NCBI GenBank assembly: GCA_043228905.1
Contig: JBHGNT010000014.1
Span: 7,378,001 to 7,442,000 of the forward strand
Origin: Azolla caroliniana
Lineage: Eukaryota; Plantae; Polypodiophyta
Direction of reading: 5' to 3'
Length of the DNA stretch: 64,000 nt
Numbering within the stretch: position 1 is the first letter of the stretch; every line of letters starts with the position of its first letter. The notes under the pieces are model-generated. The model did not search any database, was not told the DNA's origin, and was given only the letters and a program-made list of their open reading frames with translations. Made by a program: the position numbers and the translations under genes. Positions 36,560-49,879 of the stretch are shown in pieces.

Positions 36560-38888
36560 TTATATTTATCGGCTATGGCAACGATGAATTTGGCTATCGG
36601 CTATGGCACCTAGTCGAGAAGAAGGTGATTAGGAGCAGAGACATCGTCTTCATGGAGGAGAAGAAGATTGTCGATTGGGAGATTGAGAATAAGTTTCCAA
36701 CTATCGAATTGGGTCTAGTCGATGCTCGTCCAAATCGACTAGAAGTTGATTTGATCGAAATCGAATCCGGGCTAGGCAGCCGATTTAATTCTCAGCAAAA
36801 TTGAGAACCAATTGAAGAACAAGGAGAACCGGCTGAAAGAGGAACCAAATTTGACTCGGCCAAAGAAGTCGAAGAAGAACTGACTATGCCGAATGGAGGC
36901 TGAAGCTAACCCCCTTATAGAGAGGAGGGCTCCCCAGAGATTCCCGGAAAGCCAATGTGTATTGTTAACTGATCAGGGGGAGGCGGAGAGCTTCAAGGAA
37001 GCAAAGAGAGATACTCACAACCGAAAGTGGTTAAATGCAATGGAAGAGAAGATGGATTCCTTGCATGAGAGCTAGGTATACAAATTGACTAAGTTGCCAA
37101 AAGGGAAGAAGGCACTTCGGAACAAGTGGGTATACAAACTGAAGCTGGGACAAAGAGGAAATACACCCAAGTACAAAGCACGAATTGTCGTGAAAGGCTT
37201 TCTATAGAAAAAGAGTGTAGATTTCGACGAAATATTTTCCTCGGTGGTGAAGATGGCGTCAATCCGAATAGTGTTGAGCATAGCGGCCACTCGAAGTCGA
37301 GCAACTAGACGTCAAGACTACCTTTCTTCATGGAGATTTGGAGGAAGAGATTTACATGCACCACCCAGAAGGATTTGAAGAAAAAGTTAAAGAAAACCTG
37401 GTATGCCGATTGAGAAAGAGAAAGTTCAAATCTTTCATGGTGGATCACGGTTTCGGCAAGACACAAGCTGATCATTGAGTCTTTGTCAAGAAGTATGGAG
37501 GAGATTTTCTCATCCTCTTGTATGTTGATGACATGCTGATGGAAAATCGGAAGTTTGAAGAAGGCCTTGATTAGGTCGTTCTCAATAAAAGATATGGGTC
37601 CGGTAGAACAAATCCTGGGAATGCACATTATTCGGGATCGAATAAAGAAATTGTTATGGCTATCATAGGAGAAGTATGTGACAAAAGTGCTCTAGAGATT
37701 CAGCATGGAAAGCACGAAACCGGTTGGGTGGACACTGTCGATAAACTGTAAGCTTAGTAAAGAACAATGTCCAAAATCAAAGACCAAGAAGGCCGATATG
37801 TCGAAAGTCCCTTATGCCTTAGCAGTAGGAAGCCTGATGTACGCGATGGTTTGTACCAAGCCGGACATCGGATACGTTGTTGGAGTCGTCAACCGATAGA
37901 TGAGCATTCCTGAAAGAGAGCATTGGGCTGTTGTGAAGTGGATACTACGGTACCTGAAAGGCACCTCGAATGTGTGTCTTCGATTCAGCTCATGTAAGCC
38001 CACACTAGAAGGTTATACTAATTTAGACATGTCCGTTGATGTGGATACCAGCCAATCCACATCCGGATACGTAATGACATATGCAAGGGGAGTTGTGTCA
38101 TGGCAGTCGAGGTTGTAGAAGCCGTGACGCTGTGGACCACGGAAGCCGCGTATATGGCCCTAGCGGGAACCGGGAAGGAGATAATTTGGATGAAGGAGTT
38201 CGGCAAGAGGAATTACGACTCCATTGCGATAACTAGAACACCATCCACCTTGCGAAGAATGTCGCCTACCACTCAAGGACCAAGCACATTCAGAGGAGAT
38301 AACATTGGCTTCGTGGGCGAGTAGAAGAGAAGGAGTTTGCTCCTAGTCAAGGTGCATACATCAGAGAACGAGTCGGACATGCTTACGAACATGTTGTCGA
38401 TCGAAAAGATGGACGCCTGCCGATAGAGAGTCGGATTGGTAAAGTACCCCATGCCGAGTGAAGGGGGAGTTTGTTGGGAAACATGTCCCTCCAGATGGCA
38501 AGAGCGAGAGTTGAATCGGATGGAGTCGATGAGTAATAAGGCCAAGGTTGAGAATCAAAAATCAAAAATCGATTATGTAACCGATTCGAGAGACTATATT
38601 TGTAGATAGTCTAAATGTGCCCCAAAAAGTTGTATAAGTATAAATACAACTAGGGAAAACTTTATGTGAAAGGTTGTATCATTATAGTTGTCATATAGTT
38701 AGAGAAGGTCGTTGCCTTTGTAACCCTGAAGAGAGAGAGAGTGTGAGTGTAAACTCAGTAGCCATCAGTTGACAAAGAAGAGTTCAAGGTCGTTGCCTTG
38801 AATTGTCTTGTTGTACTCCTCCCCTTATAGTGATCTGTTTGGAGTTTGTGGACTCCAAGTGGTTTTTCCCAATTCGAGTTTTCCACGT

Positions 38889-41800
38889 TGTCGTGATGTG
38901 GCATGTCTAGAGTGAGAAAAAGTCAAAAATTGAGGATCCACACACATTTCACGAATACTTGTAAAAATGAAAATATATAAACCTAGGTCACAATGGCATT
39001 GAGTGCATGTAGAGGGTTGCAAGTAGGATTTGAACCTTGCACCTCTAAGATAAGAGGCAATTACCTTACCACTAAAGCTACTACTAAGTGCTTTAGATGT
39101 TCTATATTTCTTTCTCATAGTTAGTATTCCGTAGGAAACAAACGTACAAAACCGTGTACATAAAACCACGGTTTTAAGCCCATGGTTTTCTGCATGTCAC
39201 AAAGCAAAACTGTGTGCACAGAAACCATGGCTCCAAGCCCATGGTTTTGTGCATGGACAAACCTATAAAATCCCTAGTACGGCTTGTGTAAAAGGAGGGG
39301 CTCAATATGATATGACCATCATCATCACCATCAATAATATAAGCTTCTATTTCTTCTTCTTCACATGTATCTTGTAATTATTTGTCTACTTCTCAAGTGT
39401 ACAATCTTCAATCTTCTCAAGTGTAATAGGTCTTCCTCCAATCTTACATTCACATTGTCCTCTTCTCAATACCTTGACGGACATCCTCCTTGGTCCAAGA
39501 CCCCAGTGGTCCTGCTCAAGCGAAGCACGCTCGCATGCGCATCTTCGCGACATAATAAATTGGTGAACACGACGTGAAAAGCGGTAGGGGAGGATGAAGA
39601 TGGACGAGGAATATCTAATCAAGGCAATGTCAAAGATGATGATGGAGTTTTCAAGAGAAGGGAAAACACGAGATGCGGCCCAACAAGCTGTTGAAAGCAT
39701 GATCAAGTGAGTCGGGTTTTTCGATGGAGGCAAAGTCCAAATATTTCTAAAGGCCTACAATGCCGAAATGGATTCAAGAGGAGTGGAGGAAGCAATGAGG
39801 CTGGAGTACTTTTGTCGAGTGGTGGCCGAACCGATCTTCGAAGAGATTAAAGAGATTCAAAAAACTCACAATTCGTGGGTGTCCTTCAAAGAAGCTTTAC
39901 GAGAGTCATATGGTTACAAAGAGCAAAAGGGACGAGGTCTGTATGAGTTTCACGAATGGGTGTCATTGAGAAAGACCCACCAAAGTGCTATGCATGCATT
40001 CGTTGAGTTTGAGTATCGCTTCGCTCAACTCTCGGACCAGGATCGAAGATTGGTGGGGGTGAATAAAGTTCCGTTGTTTGTAAAGTCAATCGATCGGAAT
40101 GAAAGGAAGGCCATTGGAATCCAACTCGAGGATGACAACGGTGAAAATGGCCTCACTGAGGATTGGGCCAAAGTGGAAAGGGTATGCCGACAACACGATA
40201 AGAGGGAGATGAGATTCTCATCGACAACAACACGACCCACAAGGGATGTTTAAAGGAGAATGGGATGTGGCAATAAAAACCCACCGAAGGAAGTGAGCTC
40301 GAAGAGGGAAGCTTCGATAGAACTCAACATAGAAGCCTTGATGAGAGAGGCATTCATGAACTTAAAGGCACAAGTTGAGGGTGAAGAGAAGCTGAAAACA
40401 AAACCGAGGAAAATGGTGATCGACGAAGAGGAGACCTCCCACCAAATGCAGACTAATGATGCGGCCAATACGAAGGCTCAGGTTCGGTATGACAGTACCA
40501 TGGGAGAAGGTGTGAAACAAGCCACCTTCTCGACTTATGGAGGAACGACGGTCAAGAGAAAGGCCGAAGACTCGAGAGCGGGAAATGCTGCTTTAAGAGT
40601 GGATGAGCATTTCGGAACACATGTTGTGTCCGAAATATCGAGTAATGAATGAAGGTGCAAGCATGAGGGAAGCTTGCGTGATCAAGGGATGTAAAGAGTG
40701 CGAGGTCGACGTGATTGAGGCGGTAGCCACGAGGAATGACATCAAGTTGCAGATGGCTAAGGAAGAGTCCACGGCGAATGACCGTGTCGAGACTTTCCCA
40801 ACACTTGATCTAGAGACTTGGGCAGTTGCGTCCGAGAGCCAACATGAGACCAAAGAGACGGAAAGTGGTGGGGAAGAAAATATTGAAGACAATGCGAATA
40901 ACAACATTGAGCGAAAGATGGCTACGGATGAGAAGACGATGACCGATGGTGTCGATGTTCTCCCCACAATTGTTCCTGAGACTTCGACAGTTGTGCCCAA
41001 GTGTCAACGTGAGACCAGAGAGATGGAAGGTGGCGGCTAGAAATTGAAGGACCGAAACGACGATAAGGAGGATGGCCACAGACGAAGGAATCCCTCCACA
41101 CCGATTCTGGAGACTTCGGCAGTTGTGCCCGAGAGCGAACATAAGACCGGAGAGATGGAAGGTGGCGGCGAGGAGATGAGGGTCGACGCCAACGCATATA
41201 GAGGAATGGTGGCCAACAAGGATGCCAAAAACAAAGCTACAATAGAGTTCGATGAAGAGCTAGATAGCGGCAAGAAAGGAAGAACCGGAATACGATCCGG
41301 ATGGAAGATGATGTGGTTGGTATTCCGACCCGAACAGAAGCCGACCCGAACGAGAGTTGATCAACCGGGCCCGACCCAACCGAAAACCGGATGGAAGCTA
41401 ACCCGGACGAAAGTCGATCGTCTAAGTTCGATTCAGCCGAATGTGAATCCGGACGAAGGCCGACCAAGCCAGAAGCTTATTGGTCGAGACAGACAGAAGT
41501 TGAACCAGCCTAGATGGAGGTCGAAGCAGACGAACCGCGACACCTGGTCGAGGTTAGTGAGCATAAGGAAAGGCAAGCATGAGACGAGAAATGATGATAA
41601 AGGAAAGTTAGGTGACCAAGGAGATGGCCGAGATGAAGGTGGCACATGCACGAGGCATGAAGCGTTATGCTCAAGAGGAGCAAAGGGAGCCATGACAACT
41701 AGACATGGCAATAAAAAAGGTGAGCGAATGATATGGTGGATCGGATGGCAACGACAGTTCGAAGTAGACGACAAAAAGACGGTGCAGACGAGGCGCAAGA

Positions 41801-42091
41801 AAGGAGGAAATCAAACACCAACCACCTTTGACCCTTCTACATCACTCTTTTCTTCTTGGCACATACCGGAGGATGTGCAGTTTGGTGGGGGTGGATGTCG
41901 TGATGTGGCATGTCTAGTGCAAGAAAAAGTCAAAAAATTAAGGATCCACACACATTTCATGAATACTTGTAAAAATAAAAATAAAAAAACCTAGGTCACA
42001 ATGGCATTGAGTGCATGTAGAGGGTTGCAAGTAGGATTTGAACCTTGCACCTCTAAGATAAGAGGCAATTACCCTACCACTAAAGCTACTA
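38889..42091 (+). mobile_element. Second non-autonomous tRNA-Trp gypsy (gag only, low-complexity tail)
   Basis: 5' LTR 38889-39552; PBS TGGTGAACACGACGTGA 39561-39577; gag 39768-40253 similar to 19853-20419 (..LED...NGL..DW..V.R.C); PPT 41884-41895; 3' LTR from 41896, truncated. Confidence 0.85.
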
Positions 42092-43280
42092 CAAAGGATG
42101 GACAAATCCGAAGCCAAGTGTAAGTCCAGAGGTAAACTCACATGTTTCTATTGTGGGAAGCCTAGAAACTTCTAGAAGGATTGTCAACAGCTCAAGAAGG
42201 ACAAAGGATGTCGAACCCAGAAAGATTTCTAAAGAGAGGGGCACATTTCCCATTGCTACAAGTCAAGAGGAGATCTTGTTCATTTGGGAGTAGGCAAGCA
42301 CAAATCTTGCAAGTGAAGAGTGTACTTGGATAATCAACTCAGGTGCATCCTTCCATATAACTCCCTCGAGAGTGTGTTTCTCAACTTACACAACCAATGA
42401 TCATGTCTATTTAATGATGGGGGATAATGGTGAATGCAAGACAACCGGCATAGGAAGTGTATACCTGACAACGTTGATAGGTTGTCGGCTGAGCTTGAGA
42501 GAAGTTCGACACATACCCGATGTCAGGTTGAATCTGATATCAATTGGAAGATTGGACGATGAAGAGCTTCTGAAATGGCAAGTGGAAGTTATGTCGGGGG
42601 AATCTCATAGTACGGCACAAAGTATGTGATGCAAGCCAGACTGTACAAATTGGAAGTGAATGTGGCAGTTGACTAGACAAGAGAGATATCGCTCAAGAGG
42701 CTTGGCCATATGAGTATATCCTTGCCGACAAGAAATTTCGCCTAGAAGTGAAAGGCACTTGGAGAAGTGTGTCAATTGCCTAGTCGGAAAGTAGAACAGA
42801 TTTGCATTCCACTCGAGACCACCAAGGAGAAGAGGAGCCACACTAGAACTTGTGGACACCGACATCTGCTATGTAGATGCTCCATCTCATCGAGGTGGAC
42901 AATATTTCGTGACGTTCATAGATGACTATAATCAAAAGTTGTGGGCTTTCATACTAAAGTCGATGGACCATGTACTGTTGTTCTTCAAGGAGTTCTAGGC
43001 AAGGGCCGAAAGAGAGTCGGGTTGGAAGCTGAAGGTTGTCCAAACCGACAACGAAGTTGAGTACAAAGGGTAGTTCGAAGAATACGTCAAGGCCCAAGGT
43101 ATTCGAATCGAATACACAGTGCCAAAGACCCCTGAGTTGAACAGGCTTGCAGAGAGGATGAATCAAACGATCATGGAGAGAGTAAGGAGCATGTTGTCGC
43201 ATGTTGAGCTACCAAGATCATACTAGGCTAAGGCAATATACATGGTTGTTTATTTGGTAAACAGGTTTCCCTCAGTATCC
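42092..43280 (+). mobile_element. Copia fragment (gag knuckle, protease, integrase), related to the level-3 copia
   Basis: CFYCGKP, WIINSGASFHIT, ELVDTDIC, LNRLAERMNQTIMERVRSML. Confidence 0.85.
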
Positions 43281-43471
43281 TAGTGGTAAGTTGTTAACAC
43301 AACAAGCACTACATCTTGGGTTCGATACCAATTTTCTCACCTCTCTATTATATACTTCATACATATCTCTTAATTCACTTGATACCACCGTGGAATGTAG
43401 GGGTTGAACCCATGACCACCTGGTCTCCATTGGGCAACCCTACCAACTAAGTTACATCCATTTGGGCAACT

Positions 43472-43510
<39 letters not shown>

Positions 43511-43524
43511 GCTTTTGCTTCTAC

Positions 43525-43649
43525 CCCTCAAGTTCGGCATATCGAGCTGTTGCAAGCCAAGCATACTCAAAAAGTTTCGTAACTTGTCCAAGCCGAGAGG
43601 TTTGGTGAAGATGTTGGCCACCTGCCGATCAAGTAGAACATGCACTAGT
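43525..43649 (-). mobile_element. Copia C1 RNase H terminal fragment
   Basis: DRQVANIFTKPLGLDKLR on - strand. Confidence 0.65.
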
Positions 43650-43957
43650 TGTTAGGAAACAGGTCCCTCCGGATGGGATCCGGATGAGCCGGATCGGACA
43701 AGCTGAAGGAAGGAACCGGATCGGATGGGTCCATAAGGTATCCAGATACCAGATCAGATGGATCCAGAAGGAGACCGGCCGAATCCAGCGTGAACCAGCA
43801 AATAGGAACATATTAGTAAATATGTTCAGACATGACCATGACTGTTGAGGTCATATTTCTAAATAGCCCCCAAAGTTATATAAGTATAAATATGACTAGG
43901 GCAATATTGTTTTGGGTGTAGATCATCATTATATTTGTTGCTAAGATTATTCTTGTT

Positions 43958-44008
<51 letters not shown>

Positions 44009-44199
44009 CAGAAAGTTGTTTTGTTGTAACCGCTCGTAGGTGAAGATAGAGCTTGAGGTCGTTGCCTTTGAGTCTATCATTGTACCCTTCCTCTCACAGT
44101 GATAGTTGGAGTTTGTGGGCTCTCGTGGTTTTTTCCGATTCGGGTTTTCCAGGTAAATATTCGGTGTCGTCTCTGTTGTTTGTGTCAGTGCATTGCTAT

Positions 44200-44635
44200 T
44201 ATCAGGATCAGTACTAAGATAAAGAAGGAATTAGTACTAAAAGATGAGGATTAGTACTAAGAGAGGTGTAGAACTCTCGAGAGAAGGAAAGAGTGAGCGA
44301 GAGAGAGAGAGATAGAGAGAGAGAAAGGGTGAGAGAATGATGATAAAAAATATATATCTTATGTGAAGAGAGTATACAATAGTAGCTAGGAGGCTTAAGA
44401 CTGGCGTTGAACCGATTTGGTTCGAAATAATGCCTTGTGCCTCCTTTTATAGTGTTCTCAGGAGTACTCCTAAAGTTTGTAGAATGTTCCAAAGAAATCT
44501 GGAATACACATCAATTTTCTATAATAAAACATAAATAAAAATAATATTCTATGCATTACAATGTATGGTCTAAGGGTCAAGAGCTCGGCCGATGTAGCAT
44601 AAGGTCATGGGTTCGAGTCTTGCCATATCATGACA
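44200..44635 (-). repeat. Solo LTR, same family as 21491-21928
   Basis: Colinear similarity; degenerate TSD GCTAT/ACTAC. Confidence 0.8.
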
Positions 44636-46277
44636 ACTACTTTCTATTTATTTCTTCCATTGTGAGTTTGAGACTCAGTTGTGGCCGAGCACTATTGCAC
44701 ACAATCTGGTATCGGAGCATGGAAGATCCATTCGGCCAACAAAGAAAGTAAGGCTCATGTGCTTTGAGAGAAAATCGGTACCATGCTAGAGAGTAAAAAC
44801 GTCGTGAATATCAGTATTCCGGAAGTTAGTGCTACAAATAAACCAAACAACCTCATTGGAAGTACCTCTAGCCGATGAAGTACTCGCGTTGCTACTGCTC
44901 GGTTCCCTCCCAAATAGTTGGGAGATGTTCGTTGTCACTTTGGGCAACGCTGGGTCGGAAGGGAAACACTTATACCTACCAAGGGTGAAATCAAGCTTGC
45001 TGGATGAAGAAGCTCACCGGAAGGACCAGGAGTCCAGAACTGATCCAAAGGCCTTGGTTATGGAAGACGACCACAACCAGGGAAGAGGATGGAATCGGAG
45101 TTCCTAGAATAGAGACAAATCGGGGACGAGGTCAAAGTCACGGAGGAGACCCACTTGCTTTTATTGTGGAAAGTCGAGGCACTTCCAGAAAAATTGCCGA
45201 CACTTTTGGAAGGAGAAGGGAACCGAAAATGTTGATTCCAAGAAGGGTCCGGACCAGAGAAGTTTGGATCGGAAAGGAACGACGGAAATCGGGACAAGCG
45301 AAGAAGAACTGTTGCTCATCATTGAGGAAAATGAGCTGCATGGGTGGTCGACTCCAGAGTGTCGTTCCTTTTGACCCTTGACCAAAAATGCCTCGCATCC
45401 TATAGAGTTGGAGATCACGGTTGTGTCCAGATGGGAAATGAAGGTGCATGTCGAATTGTTGGCATAGGGGATGTGTGTTAGACAACGTCACCCAGGTGCA
45501 AGTTGCTGCTGAAAGATGTACGACATGTTCCGGAGGTTCGGTTGAACTTGATATCAACCAGTTGGTTAGATGATTAAGGCTTCACGGGTAGCATCTGGAA
45601 TGCAGTCATGAAGTTTTGCAAAGGATGCCAAGTGGACACGAAGTCACATGACGGATCGTAATACTTCGCGACGTTCGTAGATGACCACAACCGGAAGTTG
45701 TGGGTCTCACCGCTGAAGACGAAGGACCAGGTATTATCTGTCTTCAAGGAATTTCACGTAAGGGTGGAAAGGGAAACCGACAGGAAGCTGATGGCGGTTC
45801 GAGCGGACAACAGAGGAGAATATCGGGGGCAGTTCGAGGGGTACTGTCGGTCGATGGAAATCCGGTTCGAATTCACCGTGCCAAAGACATCAGAGCTGAA
45901 CGAATTGGCCGGAAGGATGAACCAGACTGTGATGGAGAGAGTCCGAAGCATGCTGGCACATGCTAAGTTTTCCAAGAAGTTTTGGGCTGAGGCGTTGATG
46001 ACGGCGACCTATGTGATAAATCGATCACCCTCAGTGAGTATGGACCGGTAAAGACGTGTCTTACCGACATCTGAAGGTGTTCAGCTGTCTCGCTTACGTG
46101 CATGTTGCAAAGGACAAGAGAGAAAAGTTGGATCCGAAGTCCCGACCATGCATATTCCTTGGATATAGTGATGATGAGTTCGGTTACCGAGTGTGGGACT
46201 TGGTTGAGAAGGTCTTCCAGAGTTGAGACATAGTCTTCATGGAAGACAAAAACATTGCTAACTGGGAGTCGGAGAAG

Positions 46278-46753
46278 AAGATAGTGGACTTTGAATCAAA
46301 CAATAGAGATTGGTCAAAAGACACAAGGACCCATCCGGCCGGAAACCAGATGACACGTGAAGAACTGGCCGGATTTGGACAAAGAATCTAATCGACCAAA
46401 GAAGAAGAATTGGACACCGAAACCAGACAAGACCCCGAATCAGACTTCGATGAAGAATAGGCGGAGGAGCCGGTGGTCAAAAACCAAGGACGGAGATACC
46501 CTTTAAGAGAGAGAATAAGATAGTGGACTCTGAGTCAACCAACTGAGATCGGTCAAAAGACACAAGGACCCATCCGGCCGGAAACCAGATGACACGCGAA
46601 GAACTAACCGGATTTGGACAGAGAATCGAATCGACCGAAGAAGAGGAATTGGATACCGGAACCGGACAAGACCCTGAATCAGACTTCGATGAAGAATAGG
46701 CGGAGGAGCCGGTGGTCAAAAACCAAGGACGGAGATACCCTTTAAGAGAGAGA
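46278..46753 (+). repeat. ~239-bp tandem duplication in the copia INT-RT linker
   Basis: AAGATAGTGGAC...TTTAAGAGAGAGA at 46278 and 46517. Confidence 0.9.
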
Positions 46754-48455
46754 AGCCCGCCCCCCAGATGTAGATGTTGTCTTATTGACCAACGAGGGGG
46801 AGGCGGAAAGCTTTGAAGTAGTGAAAGATACCCACAACCACAAGTGGTTAAATGAGAACCAAACATAAGATTTGATGGAACAACCGAAGGGAAAGAGAGC
46901 ACTCCAGAACAAGTGGGTATACAAGTTGAAACCGGGAGACGCCAGAAATCCACCGAGATACAAAGCTCGAATCATAGTGAAGTGGTTTTAATAGAAGAAA
47001 GGAGTGGATTTCGACGAGATCTTCGCCCCAGTAGTTAAGATGACATCCATCCGGATGGTGTTGAGCATGGCAGCAAGCATGGACCTCGAGATAGATCAAC
47101 TAGATGTCAAGATGACATTCCTACATGGCGACCTCGAAGAAGAGATATACATGCAAAAATCGAAAGGTTTTGTCAAGAAGGGGAATGAGAACCTGGTGTG
47201 CCGGTTGAAGAAGAGCTTATACGGACTGAAGCAAGCCCCTCGACAATGGTACCAGAAGTTTGACTCCTTCATGACCGATCAAGGATACCACAAGATGCAG
47301 GCTGACCATCGCGTATTCGTAACGAAGTTTGACGGAGGAGACTTCCTCATACTACTACTCTATGTGGACGACATGTTGATCATCGGATGAGACCGTATCA
47401 AAATCGAAATGCTGAAGAAGGTCTTGAGCCAGTCCTTCTCAATAAAAGATATGGATCCGGTGAGACAAATCTTAGGGATGCACATAATCCGGGACCTGAC
47501 GAAGAATCTATTGTGGTTGTCATAGGAGAAGTACGTGACAAAGGTGCTCCAACGATTCAACATGACAAAGGCAAAGCAGGTCGGGTTGGCACTTCAAGAA
47601 AACTGCAAACTGTCTGGAAAGCAAAGCCCGAAGACAAAGGCAGAGAAGTCAGAAATGATGAAGATAGTGCATGCCTCTACAGTCGGAAGTCTTATGTACG
47701 CAATGGTGTATGCGACCGTATATTGGATGTGCAGTCAGAATGGTCAGCCGGTTCATGAGAAATCCAGGAGAGGACCACTGGGCAAGGCACCTCGAGCATG
47801 TGCCTCCGATTCGGCTTAGGTAAACCCCAACTTGAAGGATTCACAGATTTGGATATGTCGGCTAATGCAGATACCAACCAATCTACATCCGGATATGTCA
47901 TGACATATGCAGGGGGAGTTGTATCGTGGCAGTCGAGGCTGCAAAAGTCTATTCCACTGTCGACGATGGAAGTGGAGTACATGGAAGTTGTGGAAGTCGA
48001 CAAAGAGGTAAACTGGATGAAGGACTTCATCAGAGAGTTTGGGATCCGGCATGAGGAATTCCAGCTCTATTACGACAGTTAGAGTGCCATTCACCTCGCG
48101 AAGAATGTGGCCTACCATTGTCGAACCAAGCACATCTAGAGGAGATATCACTAGCTCCGAGAGAAGGAAGAAGAAAAAGAGTTTTTGCTGACGAAGATCC
48201 ATACGGAGGAGAACGGGTCGGACATGTTGACCAAGGTGCTGTCAGCCGATAAGCTAGACATGTGCCTAAGACGGATCAGACTGACGATACATCCCATAGC
48301 GAAGTGAAGGGGAAGTTTATTAGGAAACAGGTCCCTCTCGATGGGATCCGGATAAGCTGGATTGGACGAGCCGAAGGAAGGAACCGGAACTAGGGCAATA
48401 CTGTTTTGGGTGTAGATCATCATTATAGTTATTGCTATTATTATTCTTGTTGTAC

Positions 48456-48509
<54 letters not shown>

Positions 48510-48824
48510 GAAAGCATGCGAGTGGAAACAATTAGCTATGTCCTTGACATAGCTAATTAGCTATGCAAAAAGCTACCATTGATAAATAGTCATTTTTGCA
48601 AAAAGCTAGCATTGATAAATTAGCTATGCAAAAAGCTACCATTGAAAATAGTAGAGAGTTTTAATTATATAAATGAACACCATAAATGTGCAACATAAAC
48701 GTGCAACATAAATTGATATGTGCACCATAAATTATATATTGAATTCGTAGGTCCATTATGCATGATCCTTTGCCACATCATATGGGCCATCTCTGGTTGA
48801 CTATTTTGGCTTAGATTACTACCA

Positions 48825-49520
48825 CTGTTGTTAAACCCTATTGAGTCCAGTCCTCCATTGCCGCCATTCTACACTCAGTTACCGGCATTGTGCGGTCGAA
48901 GCATCATTTGCCATTGTTCAATTCGACGGAGTTCACTCCTCCATTGCCGCCACTCTACACTTTGTTGCCGCTACTGTGAAGGTTGTATATTGCTGCCACT
49001 TTTCGATCCGACATAGTTAATTCCTTCTCCATTGCCACCATTCTACTCTCAGTTGCTGTCACTATTCGTTTCAAGCATCATCTACCACTATTCGATTTGA
49101 CGGAGTTCACTCCTCCATTGCCATCATTCTACACTCAATTGCCGCTACTATTCGGTTCTCAATTGCTGCCACTTTTTGATTTAACGAAGTTCACTCATTC
49201 ATTTCCATCATTCTACACTTAGTTGCCACTATTGTTTGTTCGTGTATTGCTACCAGTTTTCAATCCGAGGGAGTTCACTCCTTCCCCACTGCCGCCATTG
49301 TACTCTAAGTTGTCGTCACTATGTGTTCCAAGCATCATATGCCACTGTTCGATCTGACGGAATTCACTCCTCCATTGCCATCATTCTACACGCAGTTGCC
49401 ACCATTGTTCAGTCCTGGATTACCAAAACTATTCGATCAAACGGAGTTCACTCCTCCACAGTTGCCATTCTACACTCAGTTGCCGCCACTATTTGGCCCT
49501 GGATTACCGCCATTGTTCGG
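48825..49520 (+). repeat. Minisatellite, ~57-85-bp units
   Basis: Recurrent TTCGATCTGACGGAGTTCACTCCTCCATTGCCGCCATTCTACACTCAGTTGCC, about 8-9 degenerate copies. Confidence 0.85.
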
Positions 49521-49879
49521 TCTTGAATTTCAATAACTATTTTGTCTATGGATTTTCTTGTGTATTTTTGTGTATAATCTTGTGTATTGCGGAATATTTT
49601 TGTGTATTGTTGTTGCCCATAGCCATCTTTAATATGTGTCTTTTTTTGGGGAAATTTAGGGTTTAAACCTGTCAAGCCAAATGGAAGGGGAAGGAAGGTG
49701 TTTAGAATTACCCCTCAATGATCATCAGGATAGGGATGACGCTATCAGGACACAACAAGCGATATGAAAGTATTGGGCATAAGAAAGAAAGAAACATTGT
49801 TAATTGTTGAAGGATACGAAAGTCATACTCACTAAAGGTAAAGATAGTATTGGTTACAATATAGGTCTAAATATCACTG

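Larger units (their letters stand above)
10140..38888 (+). mobile_element. Outermost copia (Tnt1/Tork-like), split by nested insertions; own sequence 10140-10901 and 36565-38888
   Basis: Integrase KLDPKSRPCI breaks at 10901 and resumes FIGYGNDEFGYRLW at 36565; RT and RNase H follow; PPT GAAGGGGGAG 38460-38469; 3' LTR from 38472. Confidence 0.88.
43650..48507 (+). mobile_element. Degenerate copia (Tnt1/Tork-like) with truncated 3' LTR
   Basis: 5' LTR 43650-44703 (interrupted by a solo LTR); PBS TGGTATCGGAGC 44707-44718; gag/PR/INT/RT/RH remnants; PPT 48306-48315; 3' LTR from 48318. Confidence 0.88.

Noticed and set aside
39013-39082. Functional tRNA gene
   Set aside because: Acceptor and anticodon stems do not pair convincingly and it lies inside an LTR; kept only as tRNA-like
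48825-49520. CRISPR-like array or Pro-rich protein gene
   Set aside because: Whole units are degenerate tandem copies without unique spacers; no cas genes; eukaryotic context; ORFs are repeat by-products
49655-49664. Telomere-like TTTAGGGTTT
   Set aside because: Single unit; could be a telo-box or chance, not an array
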